This document shows positions 1 to 8,967 of a stretch of 26,250 nucleotides of DNA, piece after piece. The position numbers and the translations under genes were made by a program. Each line of letters opens with the position of its first letter. Position 1 is the stretch's first letter. This DNA comes from a bacterium (GTDB lineage: Bacteria > Zhuqueibacterota > Zhuqueibacteria > Oceanimicrobiales > Oceanimicrobiaceae), in assembly GCA_046757165.1 (NCBI GenBank), contig JBHHXT010000055.1, positions 1-26,250 on the forward strand. Direction: 5' to 3'. Under the pieces are notes generated by a model, which saw only the letters and a program-made list of their open reading frames with translations, was not told the origin of the DNA and searched no databases.

Positions 1-17
1 CTTCGGCCTGAACGATT

Positions 18-311
18 GAGCTCGACCGCAATCCCAATGTCGATGCCTGGGTGAAGAACGACCATCTCGGTTTTGAAATTCACACCATCTGGCAAGGCGT
101 GGTCAAAAAATACCGGCCTGATTTTATTATTCGTTTGATCAACGCAGATCATCTCATTCTGGAAACCAAAGGACAGGATACACAGAAAGACAAAACCAAG
201 CGCAGATTTCTGGACGAGTGGGTGACGGCAGTCAATTCTCACGGCGGATTTGGAAGATGGCGCTGGGCGGTGTCTTTCAATCCGGCAGATGTGCCGGGGA
301 TTGTAGGGTAA
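18..311 (+). pseudogene. C-terminal fragment of a type III restriction endonuclease (Res subunit, PD-(D/E)XK nuclease domain)
   Basis: Frame reads ELDRNPNVDAWVKNDHLGFEI...YRPDFIIRL...LILETKG...WV.AVN.HGGFGRW, typical of type III Res C-termini (PD...ETK catalytic motif). An in-frame TGA at 9-11 precedes it. Confidence 0.75.
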
Positions 312-313
312 CT

Positions 314-351
314 CCACCGAAGTTCTCCGAAGCCACCGAGTTTCACCGAAG
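314..351 (+). repeat. Four tandem degenerate CACCGAA units, period about 9-10 bp
   Basis: ccaccgaag ttctccgaag ccaccgagt ttcaccgaag, directly after the res stop codon. Confidence 0.7.
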
Positions 352-433
352 GGTTTTGTTTCACGGAAGACCTTCGCCTACATCGTTCTCACACGTGACT
401 GTCCGCCTCCGCCCTCACCGCCGCTTTTTTTCC

Positions 434-463
434 TTGACATTCCCCCCCATTTAGAGTTATTTT
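434..463 (+). promoter_or_regulatory. Putative sigma70 promoter for yjbQ-thiL
   Basis: TTGACA (434-439), 18 nt spacer, TATTTT (458-463). Confidence 0.45.
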
Positions 464-507
464 TGAATCTATTGGAACATCTACACAACGACAGGGAGCC
501 AGGGGCT

Positions 508-903
508 ATGGTCAAAGAATTCTCTATCCGAACCAACTCTCGGGTCGAGTTCGTCAAGATTACTCACAAGATCGAAAACCTGCTGGACGACAGTGGCGTG
601 CAGGACGGCCTCTGCCACGTCTATGTGCCGCACACCACGGCGGGGATTACGATCAACGAAGGCGCCGACCCGGACGTGCAGCATGACATCATCAAGGAGC
701 TGAACCAAATCGTGCCTTTTGAGGATGGCTATCTGCACCGCGAGGGCAACTCCGCGGCGCACATCAAGGCGAGTATGATGGGCGCCTCGGTCGCGATTTT
801 GGTGCAGAACGGCAAGCTTGTTCTGGGGACCTGGCAGGCAGTGTTTTTCTGCGAATTCGACGGGCCGAGAACGCGCCGGGTCCTGGTGCACCTGAGCTCA
901 TGA
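508..903 (+). CDS. yjbQ: YjbQ/UPF0047 family protein (secondary thiamine-phosphate synthase)
   Basis: Motifs VPHTTAGITINE.ADPDV, H.EGNSAAHIKAS, LGTWQ.VFFCEFDGPR. ATG 508 after a purine-rich SD-like stretch is preferred to the TTG at 463. Confidence 0.93.
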   Translation: MVKEFSIRTNSRVEFVKITHKIENLLDDSGVQDGLCHVYVPHTTAGITINEGADPDVQHDIIKELNQIVPFEDGYLHREGNSAAHIKASMMGASVAILVQNGKLVLGTWQAVFFCEFDGPRTRRVLVHLSS

Positions 904-1931
904 AACTCGAGGAAGTTGGCGAATTCGGTCTCATCGAACGTATCAAGCAGATTGTCCATCAGTCGTTCGGGAAGCTGGTGGTTGGGATTGATGATGATGC
1001 CGCTGTTTTTGAGAGTTCGCCGGGCTTCTTGACCGTTGTCTCCACGGATGCGTTTATCGAAACCGTCCATTTTGATTTATCCTATTTCAGTTTTTATCAG
1101 CTTGGCTGGCGGGTGCTGGCGGCCAGCCTGAGCGATATCGCGGCTATGGCCGGGGTACCAAAGGTCGCGGTTTTCTCAATTGGCCTGCCTGCCTCCATCG
1201 AGGTCGAATCGGTTGAGCAGTTCTACCGGGGCGCAAAGGCGCTCGCCGACCGGTTTGAGACTGCGATCATCGGTGGCGACACCACAGCCTCGCCGGGGAA
1301 GCTCTTTATCTCGATCACCGTGATTGGCGAGGTTGAGGAGGAGAAGGTCACGCGTCGTTCGGGCGCACGCCCTGGCGATGGTGTGTTTCTTACGGGCGTT
1401 GCGGGGGTCTCCCATGCGGGTTTGCTCGCTTTACGCTCGCAGAAAGCTGGCGACAGGGCAGCGTTTCGCGGGGTCGAGGAGCGACATCTCCTGCCCCTGC
1501 CGCGTGTGTACGAGGCCAGGTGCCTGGTAGAGCGCTTTCCCATCCATGCGATGATCGACGTCAGCGATGGCGTGGCCTGCGAGATTCATCACATCTGCGC
1601 CCACAGCCGCGTGGGAGCCAGACTTGTTGTAGACCGAATCCCGATCGATTCCGGTGCTGAGGAAGTCGCCAGTTTGATGAGTCAGAATGCTCTGGATTAT
1701 GCGCTCTATGGCGGTGAGGACTTTGAGTTGCTGTTCACGGCGCCGGCTCAGCTTGGTGATGAGATTCGTGAGCGAATGAGCGCTCGTTTCGATCTGGCGT
1801 GTACCTGCATCGGCGAGATCACGACGCAGAGTGAGGGGATTTGTCTCGAGGATGCGAGCGGGCGAAAGCGCGAGCTGGGCAAGAAAGGATATGACCACTT
1901 CGGTAAAACATCGAGTTCATCATCTTCTTAA
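900..1931 (+). CDS. thiL: Thiamine-monophosphate kinase
   Basis: GEFGLI, GIDDDAA, SDIAAMAG, IIGGDT, RSGA.PGD, AMIDVSDG, GGEDFELLF, GYDHF; ATGA overlap with yjbQ. Confidence 0.95.
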   Translation: MKLEEVGEFGLIERIKQIVHQSFGKLVVGIDDDAAVFESSPGFLTVVSTDAFIETVHFDLSYFSFYQLGWRVLAASLSDIAAMAGVPKVAVFSIGLPASIEVESVEQFYRGAKALADRFETAIIGGDTTASPGKLFISITVIGEVEEEKVTRRSGARPGDGVFLTGVAGVSHAGLLALRSQKAGDRAAFRGVEERHLLPLPRVYEARCLVERFPIHAMIDVSDGVACEIHHICAHSRVGARLVVDRIPIDSGAEEVASLMSQNALDYALYGGEDFELLFTAPAQLGDEIRERMSARFDLACTCIGEITTQSEGICLEDASGRKRELGKKGYDHFGKTSSSSSS

Positions 1932-1948
1932 CGGGAGTTGTTGCATCA

Positions 1949-1978
1949 GCCACGAATTTACACGAATTGGCACGAATA
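1949..1978 (+). repeat. Triple CACGAAT repeat, exact 10-bp period
   Basis: CACGAAT at 1951, 1961 and 1971; near-identical element at 21851-21880. Confidence 0.85.
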
Positions 1979-2022
1979 ATGGTGAGTCTTCAATGTGAAA
2001 TCTTGTTCGTCATTGACAAGAC

Positions 2023-2592
2023 ATGAAGACTGAGAAAAAAACCCAGCTTTTCAAAGAACAGTACGAAAAGTTGGCTGGCCAGGTGTATGTGACGCAGACT
2101 CCATCTGGTGTCGTGAAGGCGATGCAGGAGATTCTTGCGCAGAGTAAGGCACGAAAAGGCGTGACCACACCTGAGTTCGTAAATTTGCCCCTGCAGCCGC
2201 AGAAACTTTTGACCCCCCAGAACTTTCCCAGGGTCCCATTCGAGATCTGCGATGAATTGTCTCCGCCGGGCATCAACGCCGCAGACGTCGGCGTGAGCGC
2301 TGTCTCGTTTGGAATCGCCTTCACCGGCACGGTCGTGGAGGTGACCGCGAATGATTCGGCCCGGCTGGTTTCGTCGCTGCCGCGGGTGCATGTGGCACTT
2401 TTACCCGGGACTGAGATTGTGCCGTCCCTCGAGGAGGCGGCGCCCAGGCTGCGGAGAATCTATGCCGAGCATCCCGGGAGCTGTCAAATCACCTTTATCT
2501 CCGGACCGAGCCGGACAGCGGATATCGAGATGCGGCTGTTTCTCGGCGTGCATGGGCCGCAAGCGTCTTATGTGATCGTGTGCGATTTTTGA
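2023..2592 (+). CDS. lutC: LUD-domain lactate utilization protein C (LutC/YkgG-like)
   Basis: ADVGVS...GIA.TGTVV, R.VSSLP.VHVA, FISGPSRTADIE..L..GVHGP. Confidence 0.88.
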   Translation: MKTEKKTQLFKEQYEKLAGQVYVTQTPSGVVKAMQEILAQSKARKGVTTPEFVNLPLQPQKLLTPQNFPRVPFEICDELSPPGINAADVGVSAVSFGIAFTGTVVEVTANDSARLVSSLPRVHVALLPGTEIVPSLEEAAPRLRRIYAEHPGSCQITFISGPSRTADIEMRLFLGVHGPQASYVIVCDF

Positions 2593-2608
2593 TCAGCGCG
2601 GCCGGGCC

Positions 2609-2668
2609 TTTCGGTGGGAAAAGCTTTGAGACCACCGAAAATCACCGAAGCCGCCGAAGGTCACCGAA
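2609..2668 (+). repeat. CRCCGAA tandem repeat (4 units) preceded by an inverted copy
   Basis: tttcggtgg (2609-2617) pairs with ccaccgaaa (2632-2640); units at 2633, 2643, 2652 and 2662. Confidence 0.75.
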
Positions 2669-4785
2669 TGACAAATTACGAAGCGCTCAACCACAAGATT
2701 TCCATCTCTCTCGAGCAAGCTTCGCAGCGGGAGGCGTTGCTCAGCGCTGTTGCCCGCGGTCGGGACGCACGGGCTCAAACATTGCAGGATATTCCCGGCG
2801 GCGAGGCGTTCCGCGAGCGGGTATCTCAAATCAAGCAAAGGTGCATTGAGGACCTGCCCGAGCTGATCGCAAGATTCACCCAAAACGCCCGTGCTCGCGG
2901 CGCCACCGTCTATCTTGCCCGCGAAGCCAGGGAAGCGTGCGACTATGTGCTGAATCTGGCCAGAGAAAGAAACGTCAGCCGGATCACGAAATCAAAGTCC
3001 CTGACCACGGAGGAGATCGAGCTAAATCACCCGTTGGAGAAGGCAGGCATCGAGGTCCTGGAAACCGATTTGGGTGAACTGATCATCCAGATGGCTGGCG
3101 AGCTGCCGTACCATCTCGTTTTTCCGGCAGTGCACAAGACAGCCGAGCAGGTCGCAGAGCTGTTTCGCGGCAGGACCGGTGAACCGGTGTCCAGCGACCT
3201 CGGCGAGATCATGGCGCTCATGCGCCGCTATCTCAGGCCGAAGTTTCTGCAGGCTGACATGGGCATCACCGGCGCGAACGTGGCGATTGCAGAGACCGGC
3301 TCTTTGCTGATCGAAACCAACGAAGGCAATGGACGCCTGGTCAGCGCCATTCCGCGCCTGCATGTGGCCGTCGTTGGCATCGAGAAGATCGTGTCGACCA
3401 TCGACCAGGCGCTCCAGTTGATCTTTGCCCATCCGGTCAGCGCCACCGGCCAACTGTTGACCACCTACGTCTCATTTTTCGCTGGCCGTTCGCCCCTGAA
3501 TGCCGAAAAAGATCGCGAGCTTCACATCGTGCTGCTGGACAATGGCCGGCTGCTGATGAGCTCGGATGACGGCTTCCGCGAGGCGCTGCATTGCATTCGC
3601 TGCGGCGCGTGTATGAACATTTGCCCGACGTACGGCGTCCTCGGCGGCCACATTTTTGGCCACATCTATCCCGGTCCAATCGGCATTCCGTGGACAGCAC
3701 AAGTCCACGGCCTGGAGCAGGCTGCTGCGTTCACGGATCTATGCATTTCCTGCGGTCTTTGCAAAGAAATCTGTCCGGCCAACATCGACATTCCCTGGAT
3801 GATCGCCCGTGTGAAGGAAAACGTGCTGGAGCACGCCTCGCAGCCACTGGTGAACAGAGTGCTGATGGCGAGCGAATCCCTGGCCAAATTCGCCTGTGCT
3901 ACTGCGCCGGTCAGCAACTGGCTGCTGCGAAGCAGAGTCGTCAAGGCGTTGACTGAAAAGGTGCTTGGCCTGGATCGGCGGCGCAAGCTGCCAGAATTTG
4001 CGCGCACGACGTTGCGCAAGCGCTTTGTTTGCCGGGCCAAACGGGCACGGGCTTCTGTGAGAAAGGTCGCTTTTTTCGCAGACTATGCGGCCAATTACAC
4101 CGTGCCAGAGCTGGGCATGCAAGCCATCGAGCTCCTTGAACAAGGCCGGGTTGAAGTTTGTCTGCCTGAGCAGAAAGCGAGCGGCTACCCGTATATTTCT
4201 TACGGTGAGCTGGCAAAGGCGCGGCGAGTTGCAGCCTTCAACGTCACAAGGCTCCATCCTCTTGTCGAGCAGGGCTATGAGGTGGTCACGATTGAGCCGA
4301 CGGCCGCATATGCTTTGAAGCAGTGTTATCCGCGCCTGCTGGATAAATCAAAGGCAGCGCGGGCGGTAGCAGACCACACCCATGAATATTTTGAATACCT
4401 CGCGACCCTGGCGCACGATGGGTTTTTGCTCTTTCCCCCGCAAGTCAAAGACAGGCGAAATTTCGGCTTTCATATCCCCTGTCACCAGCATGGCGTCAGC
4501 GGCGGCAGCCAAACCCTGCACCTTTTGCGCTCCATTGGCTTTGATGTCGAGGTCATCGAGACCGGGACGTGCTGTGGCATGGCCGGAACCTTTGGCCTGA
4601 AAGCCGGACCGCTGGGGGTTGAATTATCCACCATGGTCGGCAAACCACTGTTCGAACTGTTTGAAGCCAGGGGAATAGAAGCTATTGTTACGGAAAGCAG
4701 TGTTTGCAAGATACAGTTGCAGGAGGGTACCGGCTTACCCGTCTTTCATCCGTTGCAATTGATCGCAGAGAGCAAATTGGTTTGA
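2668..4785 (+). CDS. lutB: LutB-type iron-sulfur lactate utilization protein fused to a C-terminal CCG (GlpC/LutA-like) region
   Basis: KSKSLTTEEI, ETDLGE.IIQ, NEGNGRL, LLDNGR, CIRCGACMNICP, CISCGLCKEICP; C-terminal HIPCH and CCGMAGTFG. ATG 2668 chosen because the GTG-2614 extension only translates the repeat. Confidence 0.88.
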   Translation: MTNYEALNHKISISLEQASQREALLSAVARGRDARAQTLQDIPGGEAFRERVSQIKQRCIEDLPELIARFTQNARARGATVYLAREAREACDYVLNLARERNVSRITKSKSLTTEEIELNHPLEKAGIEVLETDLGELIIQMAGELPYHLVFPAVHKTAEQVAELFRGRTGEPVSSDLGEIMALMRRYLRPKFLQADMGITGANVAIAETGSLLIETNEGNGRLVSAIPRLHVAVVGIEKIVSTIDQALQLIFAHPVSATGQLLTTYVSFFAGRSPLNAEKDRELHIVLLDNGRLLMSSDDGFREALHCIRCGACMNICPTYGVLGGHIFGHIYPGPIGIPWTAQVHGLEQAAAFTDLCISCGLCKEICPANIDIPWMIARVKENVLEHASQPLVNRVLMASESLAKFACATAPVSNWLLRSRVVKALTEKVLGLDRRRKLPEFARTTLRKRFVCRAKRARASVRKVAFFADYAANYTVPELGMQAIELLEQGRVEVCLPEQKASGYPYISYGELAKARRVAAFNVTRLHPLVEQGYEVVTIEPTAAYALKQCYPRLLDKSKAARAVADHTHEYFEYLATLAHDGFLLFPPQVKDRRNFGFHIPCHQHGVSGGSQTLHLLRSIGFDVEVIETGTCCGMAGTFGLKAGPLGVELSTMVGKPLFELFEARGIEAIVTESSVCKIQLQEGTGLPVFHPLQLIAESKLV

Positions 4786-4795
4786 GCTGTCATTC

Positions 4796-5701
4796 TCACA
4801 GGAGCTCGACCAGGATTGCGCCTTGATTGCTGATCGCTAAGGTTGTGGTCTTAGCCTGCACGTGCCGTTGGCTGGCCAGCGCCTGCCACTGCGCTTCCAG
4901 GTTGGCACCGCTGTCGACGGTCAAGGCGAGAATCGTGGACCCCGAGCCGCTGATCGCCACACCCAGAGCGCCGTTGTCGAGGGCGACTTTCTTGAACTGC
5001 TCGAATGCAGGGATTAGAGGCATACGATATGGTTGGTGCAGCTTGTCCTGCATCGCACGTTTGAGCACGTCATAGTCGCCGGTGAGGAACGCGTAGGTGA
5101 GCAGGGCGCTGCGCTGCAGGTTGAAGACAGCGTCCCGGTGAGGCACTGTGGTGGGTAGAACCTTTCTGGCGGCCTCGGTAGAAATGATAAGGTCCGGAAT
5201 GAGCAGCACGGCTTTGAGTCGCTCGTCAGCCAGAGGGATGCGCCGGGAGACAACACCGGCGCTGCTCACGCAGCTTATGGTCAGGCCGCCTAAGAGCGAG
5301 GCGGAGACATTGTCCGGGTGCCCCTCCAGGCGTGCTGCAGTCGACAGAATATCGTCATTTGACAGTTCAGCGCCGACGAGCTGGTTCGCGCACACCATGC
5401 CGGCGATGACAGCAGCACCACTGCTGCCGAGCCCACGAGAGAGCGGTATAGCGTTGTTTATTCGGATCGTAAGAGAAGGAAGGTGTTTCCCGGCGGCCTG
5501 AAACACGCTCAGGGCTGATTTGTAGACCAGGTTGCGTTCATCTTTGGGGATCTCTTCCTGCCCCTCGCCGGAAGACTCGATTTGTAGGGTGTCCTCAGAA
5601 AACGCCATCTCGACCGTCAGAAACAGCTGCAAGGCCAGTCCAATGGCATCAAACCCGCAGGCGAGATTTGAAGTTGAGGCAGGAACCCGGACCTTAACCA
5701 T
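4796..5701 (-). CDS. thrB: Homoserine kinase
   Basis: VRVPASTSNL.CGFD.IGLAL, GHMP motif IPLSRGLGSSGAA, EGHPDN, D.LHQPYR, ISGSGST; ATG 5701 overlaps the pyrE end. Confidence 0.93.
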   Translation of the reverse strand: MVKVRVPASTSNLACGFDAIGLALQLFLTVEMAFSEDTLQIESSGEGQEEIPKDERNLVYKSALSVFQAAGKHLPSLTIRINNAIPLSRGLGSSGAAVIAGMVCANQLVGAELSNDDILSTAARLEGHPDNVSASLLGGLTISCVSSAGVVSRRIPLADERLKAVLLIPDLIISTEAARKVLPTTVPHRDAVFNLQRSALLTYAFLTGDYDVLKRAMQDKLHQPYRMPLIPAFEQFKKVALDNGALGVAISGSGSTILALTVDSGANLEAQWQALASQRHVQAKTTTLAISNQGAILVELL

Positions 5702-6278
5702 TTTGACCTGAACTTCTGCTCCCGGGCTTGACCGCAGGACCGAGATTGGCAAGCTCGGGGTCGTTGGGCGGGTACGTTTGGATTTGCAGGGAGATGAGGG
5801 AATGATAGGGCAGGCCGAAGTCTACCTGGCCGCCGCTGCGGTCTACCAGACTGGCCACGGCCACGGTCTGTCCGCCGAGCTCGCGCACCAGACTGAGAAC
5901 CTCTTTGGCCGATCCGCCGGTGGTGACCACATCTTCTACCACGAGAATGCGTTCCCCCTTTTTGAGCTCGAAGCCGCGTCTGAGCGTCATGGTTCCGTGC
6001 TCGCGCTCGGTGAAGAGGCTGCGTACGCCCAGTGCCCTCGCCATCTCATGGGCCACCAGGATGCCACCGATGGCCGGTGCGACCACGGCATCGAGGTTGT
6101 CTTTGTTGAAATGCTGCGCCAGATGCGAGCAAAACTTTTCGGCGAGCTCGGGATGCTGCAAAACCCGGGCACACTGAAAATAATGCTTGCTGTGCAGTCC
6201 TGAGGTCAAGACAAAGTGTCCGGAGAGCAGCGCACCCGTGCGCGTAAACGTTGCCAGAATTTCATCTTCAGTCATCAT
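5694..6278 (-). CDS. pyrE: Orotate phosphoribosyltransferase
   Basis: GHFVLTSGLHS..YFQCA, PRPP-binding VVEDVVTTGGS, VDRSGG, C-terminal KPGSR. Confidence 0.95.
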   Translation of the reverse strand: MMTEDEILATFTRTGALLSGHFVLTSGLHSKHYFQCARVLQHPELAEKFCSHLAQHFNKDNLDAVVAPAIGGILVAHEMARALGVRSLFTEREHGTMTLRRGFELKKGERILVVEDVVTTGGSAKEVLSLVRELGGQTVAVASLVDRSGGQVDFGLPYHSLISLQIQTYPPNDPELANLGPAVKPGSRSSGQNG

Positions 6279-7113
6279 GCTCCACTGCCGCCCGCAACTT
6301 CTCCTCTCGATATTGATTGATTCGCTTATTGAGGAATTCTGCTTCTTGACGTGCGGCCTCGGCGAAGTCGGTCCCGTTCGACTTGTAGATGACCCCTCGG
6401 CTGGAACTGATCAGCGCCAGTCCGCCAGCCCGGTCCGTGCCATATTTTACGGCTTCCTGTAAGTGGCCGCCTTGCGCACCGACGCCCGGGATCAGAAAGG
6501 GCAAATTCGGGGCAAGATTTCGGATGTTGTCCAGCTCATCGGGGTGGGTGGCACCCACGACCACGCCACAGTTGTTGCGCGTGTTCCATTTCAGCGTTTC
6601 TTTGACGACTTTCTTGTAGAGCGGCCGGGCATTGATCTGCAAATGTTGAAAATTACGACAGCCCGGGTTTGAGGTCAGGGCAAGGATGAAGGCGCCCTTC
6701 TCGGGCCACTGCAAAAAGGGCCGCACCGAGTCTTCGCCCATATAGGGGCTTACGGTAACGGCGTCAAAGTTCAGTCGCTGCAATATCGACTCTGCGTACT
6801 TCAGCGAGGAATTGCCGATGTCTGCACGCTTGGCATCAGCGATGGTCAGAATAGAGGGGGGAATGATATGCATCAATTTTTCAAGGGCGGACCAGCCGTT
6901 CAGGCCCTCTGCTTCGAAGAATGCGAAGTTGAGCTTGTAAGAGGCGACGAGGTCGTTCGTGCTGGCGATGATTTCAGAACAGAATTTGAAGAGCGGATTG
7001 GCATCTGACCTCATGCACCGGGGCAACCGTTTCAAATCCGGATCCAGACCGACACACAGCAAGCTGTTCTGGCTGGAGGTAACTTTGGTCAGTCTATCTA
7101 CAAAAACCATCAT
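6268..7113 (-). CDS. pyrF: Orotidine-5'-phosphate decarboxylase
   Basis: LCVGLDPD, K.NFAFFE, DAKRADIGNS, LTSNPG, VVGAT, LIPGVGAQGG, SSRGVI; start ATG 7113 or 7110. Confidence 0.95.
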   Translation of the reverse strand: MMVFVDRLTKVTSSQNSLLCVGLDPDLKRLPRCMRSDANPLFKFCSEIIASTNDLVASYKLNFAFFEAEGLNGWSALEKLMHIIPPSILTIADAKRADIGNSSLKYAESILQRLNFDAVTVSPYMGEDSVRPFLQWPEKGAFILALTSNPGCRNFQHLQINARPLYKKVVKETLKWNTRNNCGVVVGATHPDELDNIRNLAPNLPFLIPGVGAQGGHLQEAVKYGTDRAGGLALISSSRGVIYKSNGTDFAEAARQEAEFLNKRINQYREEKLRAAVEHDD

Positions 7114-7349
7114 CTGATCTGGAAGCAAAATGTACGATTGAAGCTCAATAACATTTTCGAACGGAATTGCTAAAAGATGAACTATTTAATTTAAGTAAAT
7201 AGCAGAAAGAATCAACAGAAATTGCTCGCGTTTTCCCTTTACTTCGTTGTATTTTTTTTCTACTTTATCAATTCTAACCCGTCGTACCCTTATTAATAAA
7301 TGCGACTTGCGAATAACGCGCACAATCCACGCAACTAAGCGGAGGGAGT

Positions 7350-8588
7350 ATGAAGCTGAAACTGCACTGGCAGATTGCCATCGCGCTCGTACTGGGACTG
7401 GCCTTCGGGTTTTTGTCGAGAGGCCTGCATTTCGAAAGTTTTGTGACCGACAAAGTCGCTTTGCTCGGAACCGTGTTCTTACGCGGGCTGCGCATGATCA
7501 TTGTTCCGCTCATCGTATCCTCGATCATTTCCGGCGTGACAAGCATTGGCTCGGCGCAAAATCTGGGACGACTGGGGCTGAAAACGTTCGTCTATTATGT
7601 TACTACCAGCTTGTTGGCGATCCTGACCGGATTGTTCCTGGTCAATCTAATCGAGCCCGGTGTTGCAGCGGAGGTCGGGCTGCGGGCCACTCCGGGGCAG
7701 CTCGCTGCCAATGCCCAGAAGTTGGGAGATACCATCCTGGGGATCATTCCCACCAACCCCCTGCGGGCGATGGTGGAGGGAAAGATGCTGCCAACGATCT
7801 TTTTCTCCCTTCTTTTTGGCTTCTTTATCACGCAGGCGCCCTCACCCTACAAGCAGCAACTGACAGACGTATTTCAAGGCATTTTCGAAGTCATGATGAA
7901 GCTGACACACTTCATCATCCGCTTCACGCCCATCGGCGTCTTTGCGCTCATGTCCAAGACCATCGCGGAGACCGGGTTTGACGTCATTCTGCCTTTGGCC
8001 ACCTATATGATAACCGTCACAGCCGGCCTGGCGGTTCACGCATTTGTTACGCTTCCCGTGCTGCTTTTCTTCGTCGCACGGGTCAATCCGATAGCGCATG
8101 CACAGGCCATGTCTGCTGCTTTGCTGACGGCATTCTCCACCTCCTCCTCGTCTGCAACCTTGCCGCTGACGATGAAGTGCATCGAAGAAAACGCCGGCGC
8201 CTCGAACAAAGTATCCAGCTTCGTCCTGCCGCTGGGGGCCACCATCAACATGGATGGCACGGCGCTTTATGAATGTGTCGCTGCCATGTTCATCGCCCAG
8301 GTCTACGGCATCGATCTCTCCTTCGGGCAGCAGGCGATCGTCGTGTTCACGGCTCTACTCGCCAGCATCGGCGCGGCCGGTATTCCCATGGCGGGTCTGG
8401 TGATGATCACCGTGATTCTTAGCGCCGTCGGGTTGCCCCTGGAAGGCGTCGGCCTGATCCTGGCTGTCGACCGGATTCTCGATATGATGCGCACAGCAGT
8501 GAATGTCTGGAGTGACAGCAGCGGAACAGCGATCATCGCAAAGTCCGAGGGGGAGAAGGAGTTGAAGGTGTTGTGGGATGCGGCCTGA
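7350..8588 (+). CDS. Dicarboxylate/amino acid:cation symporter (DAACS, GltP/GltT family)
   Basis: FSTSSSSATLP, LPLGATINMDGT, ASIGAAGIP, VDRILDM.RTAVNV; GGAGGGAG SD upstream. Confidence 0.93.
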   Translation: MKLKLHWQIAIALVLGLAFGFLSRGLHFESFVTDKVALLGTVFLRGLRMIIVPLIVSSIISGVTSIGSAQNLGRLGLKTFVYYVTTSLLAILTGLFLVNLIEPGVAAEVGLRATPGQLAANAQKLGDTILGIIPTNPLRAMVEGKMLPTIFFSLLFGFFITQAPSPYKQQLTDVFQGIFEVMMKLTHFIIRFTPIGVFALMSKTIAETGFDVILPLATYMITVTAGLAVHAFVTLPVLLFFVARVNPIAHAQAMSAALLTAFSTSSSSATLPLTMKCIEENAGASNKVSSFVLPLGATINMDGTALYECVAAMFIAQVYGIDLSFGQQAIVVFTALLASIGAAGIPMAGLVMITVILSAVGLPLEGVGLILAVDRILDMMRTAVNVWSDSSGTAIIAKSEGEKELKVLWDAA

Positions 8589-8879
8589 GGAAGCGCTGCC
8601 GGTGGATTTCTCATTAGCGGACGGAAGGCCCGCGAACGAGTCAGGCGCTCAACGCATTTTATGCAGTTTCAGACACATCCGTCAACTTTTCTGAAACAAT
8701 GAGCACGGCATGCTCCGCCCGAGAAGTCTGCATCAGGTGCCATGCGCAGCACATCGCAGATGGTTTCTTGCAGGGTTAGCCCGACATTCCCGCTGTTGCA
8801 TTACCGTCCCGACTTGATGAGATTGTCCAGGTGACATCGCCCATTGAGCGGCTCTTCACGTTCCTGAGCTTTGTAGCTA

Positions 8880-8908
8880 TTGCAAGAAAGTTCGATAAGT
8901 CGTAGATT
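8880..8908 (+). promoter_or_regulatory. Putative sigma70 promoter for the ZIP transporter
   Basis: TTGCAA (8880-8885), 17 nt, TAGATT (8903-8908). Confidence 0.5.
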
Positions 8909-8967
8909 GTGGCCAGGAAGCCCTGCGGCAAGCCATTGGGTCACCACGCACAACAAAGACCAACAAC

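Noticed and set aside
1949..1978. Short repeats as a CRISPR array
   Set aside because: Units are 7 bp with 2-3 nt linkers, there are no spacers and no cas genes
8589..8879. About 290-nt intergenic region with a small inverted repeat (gtttcaga...tctgaaac) as a metal riboswitch or sRNA upstream of the ZIP gene
   Set aside because: No recognisable aptamer motifs, and it lies upstream of the predicted promoter; an Rfam search would be needed
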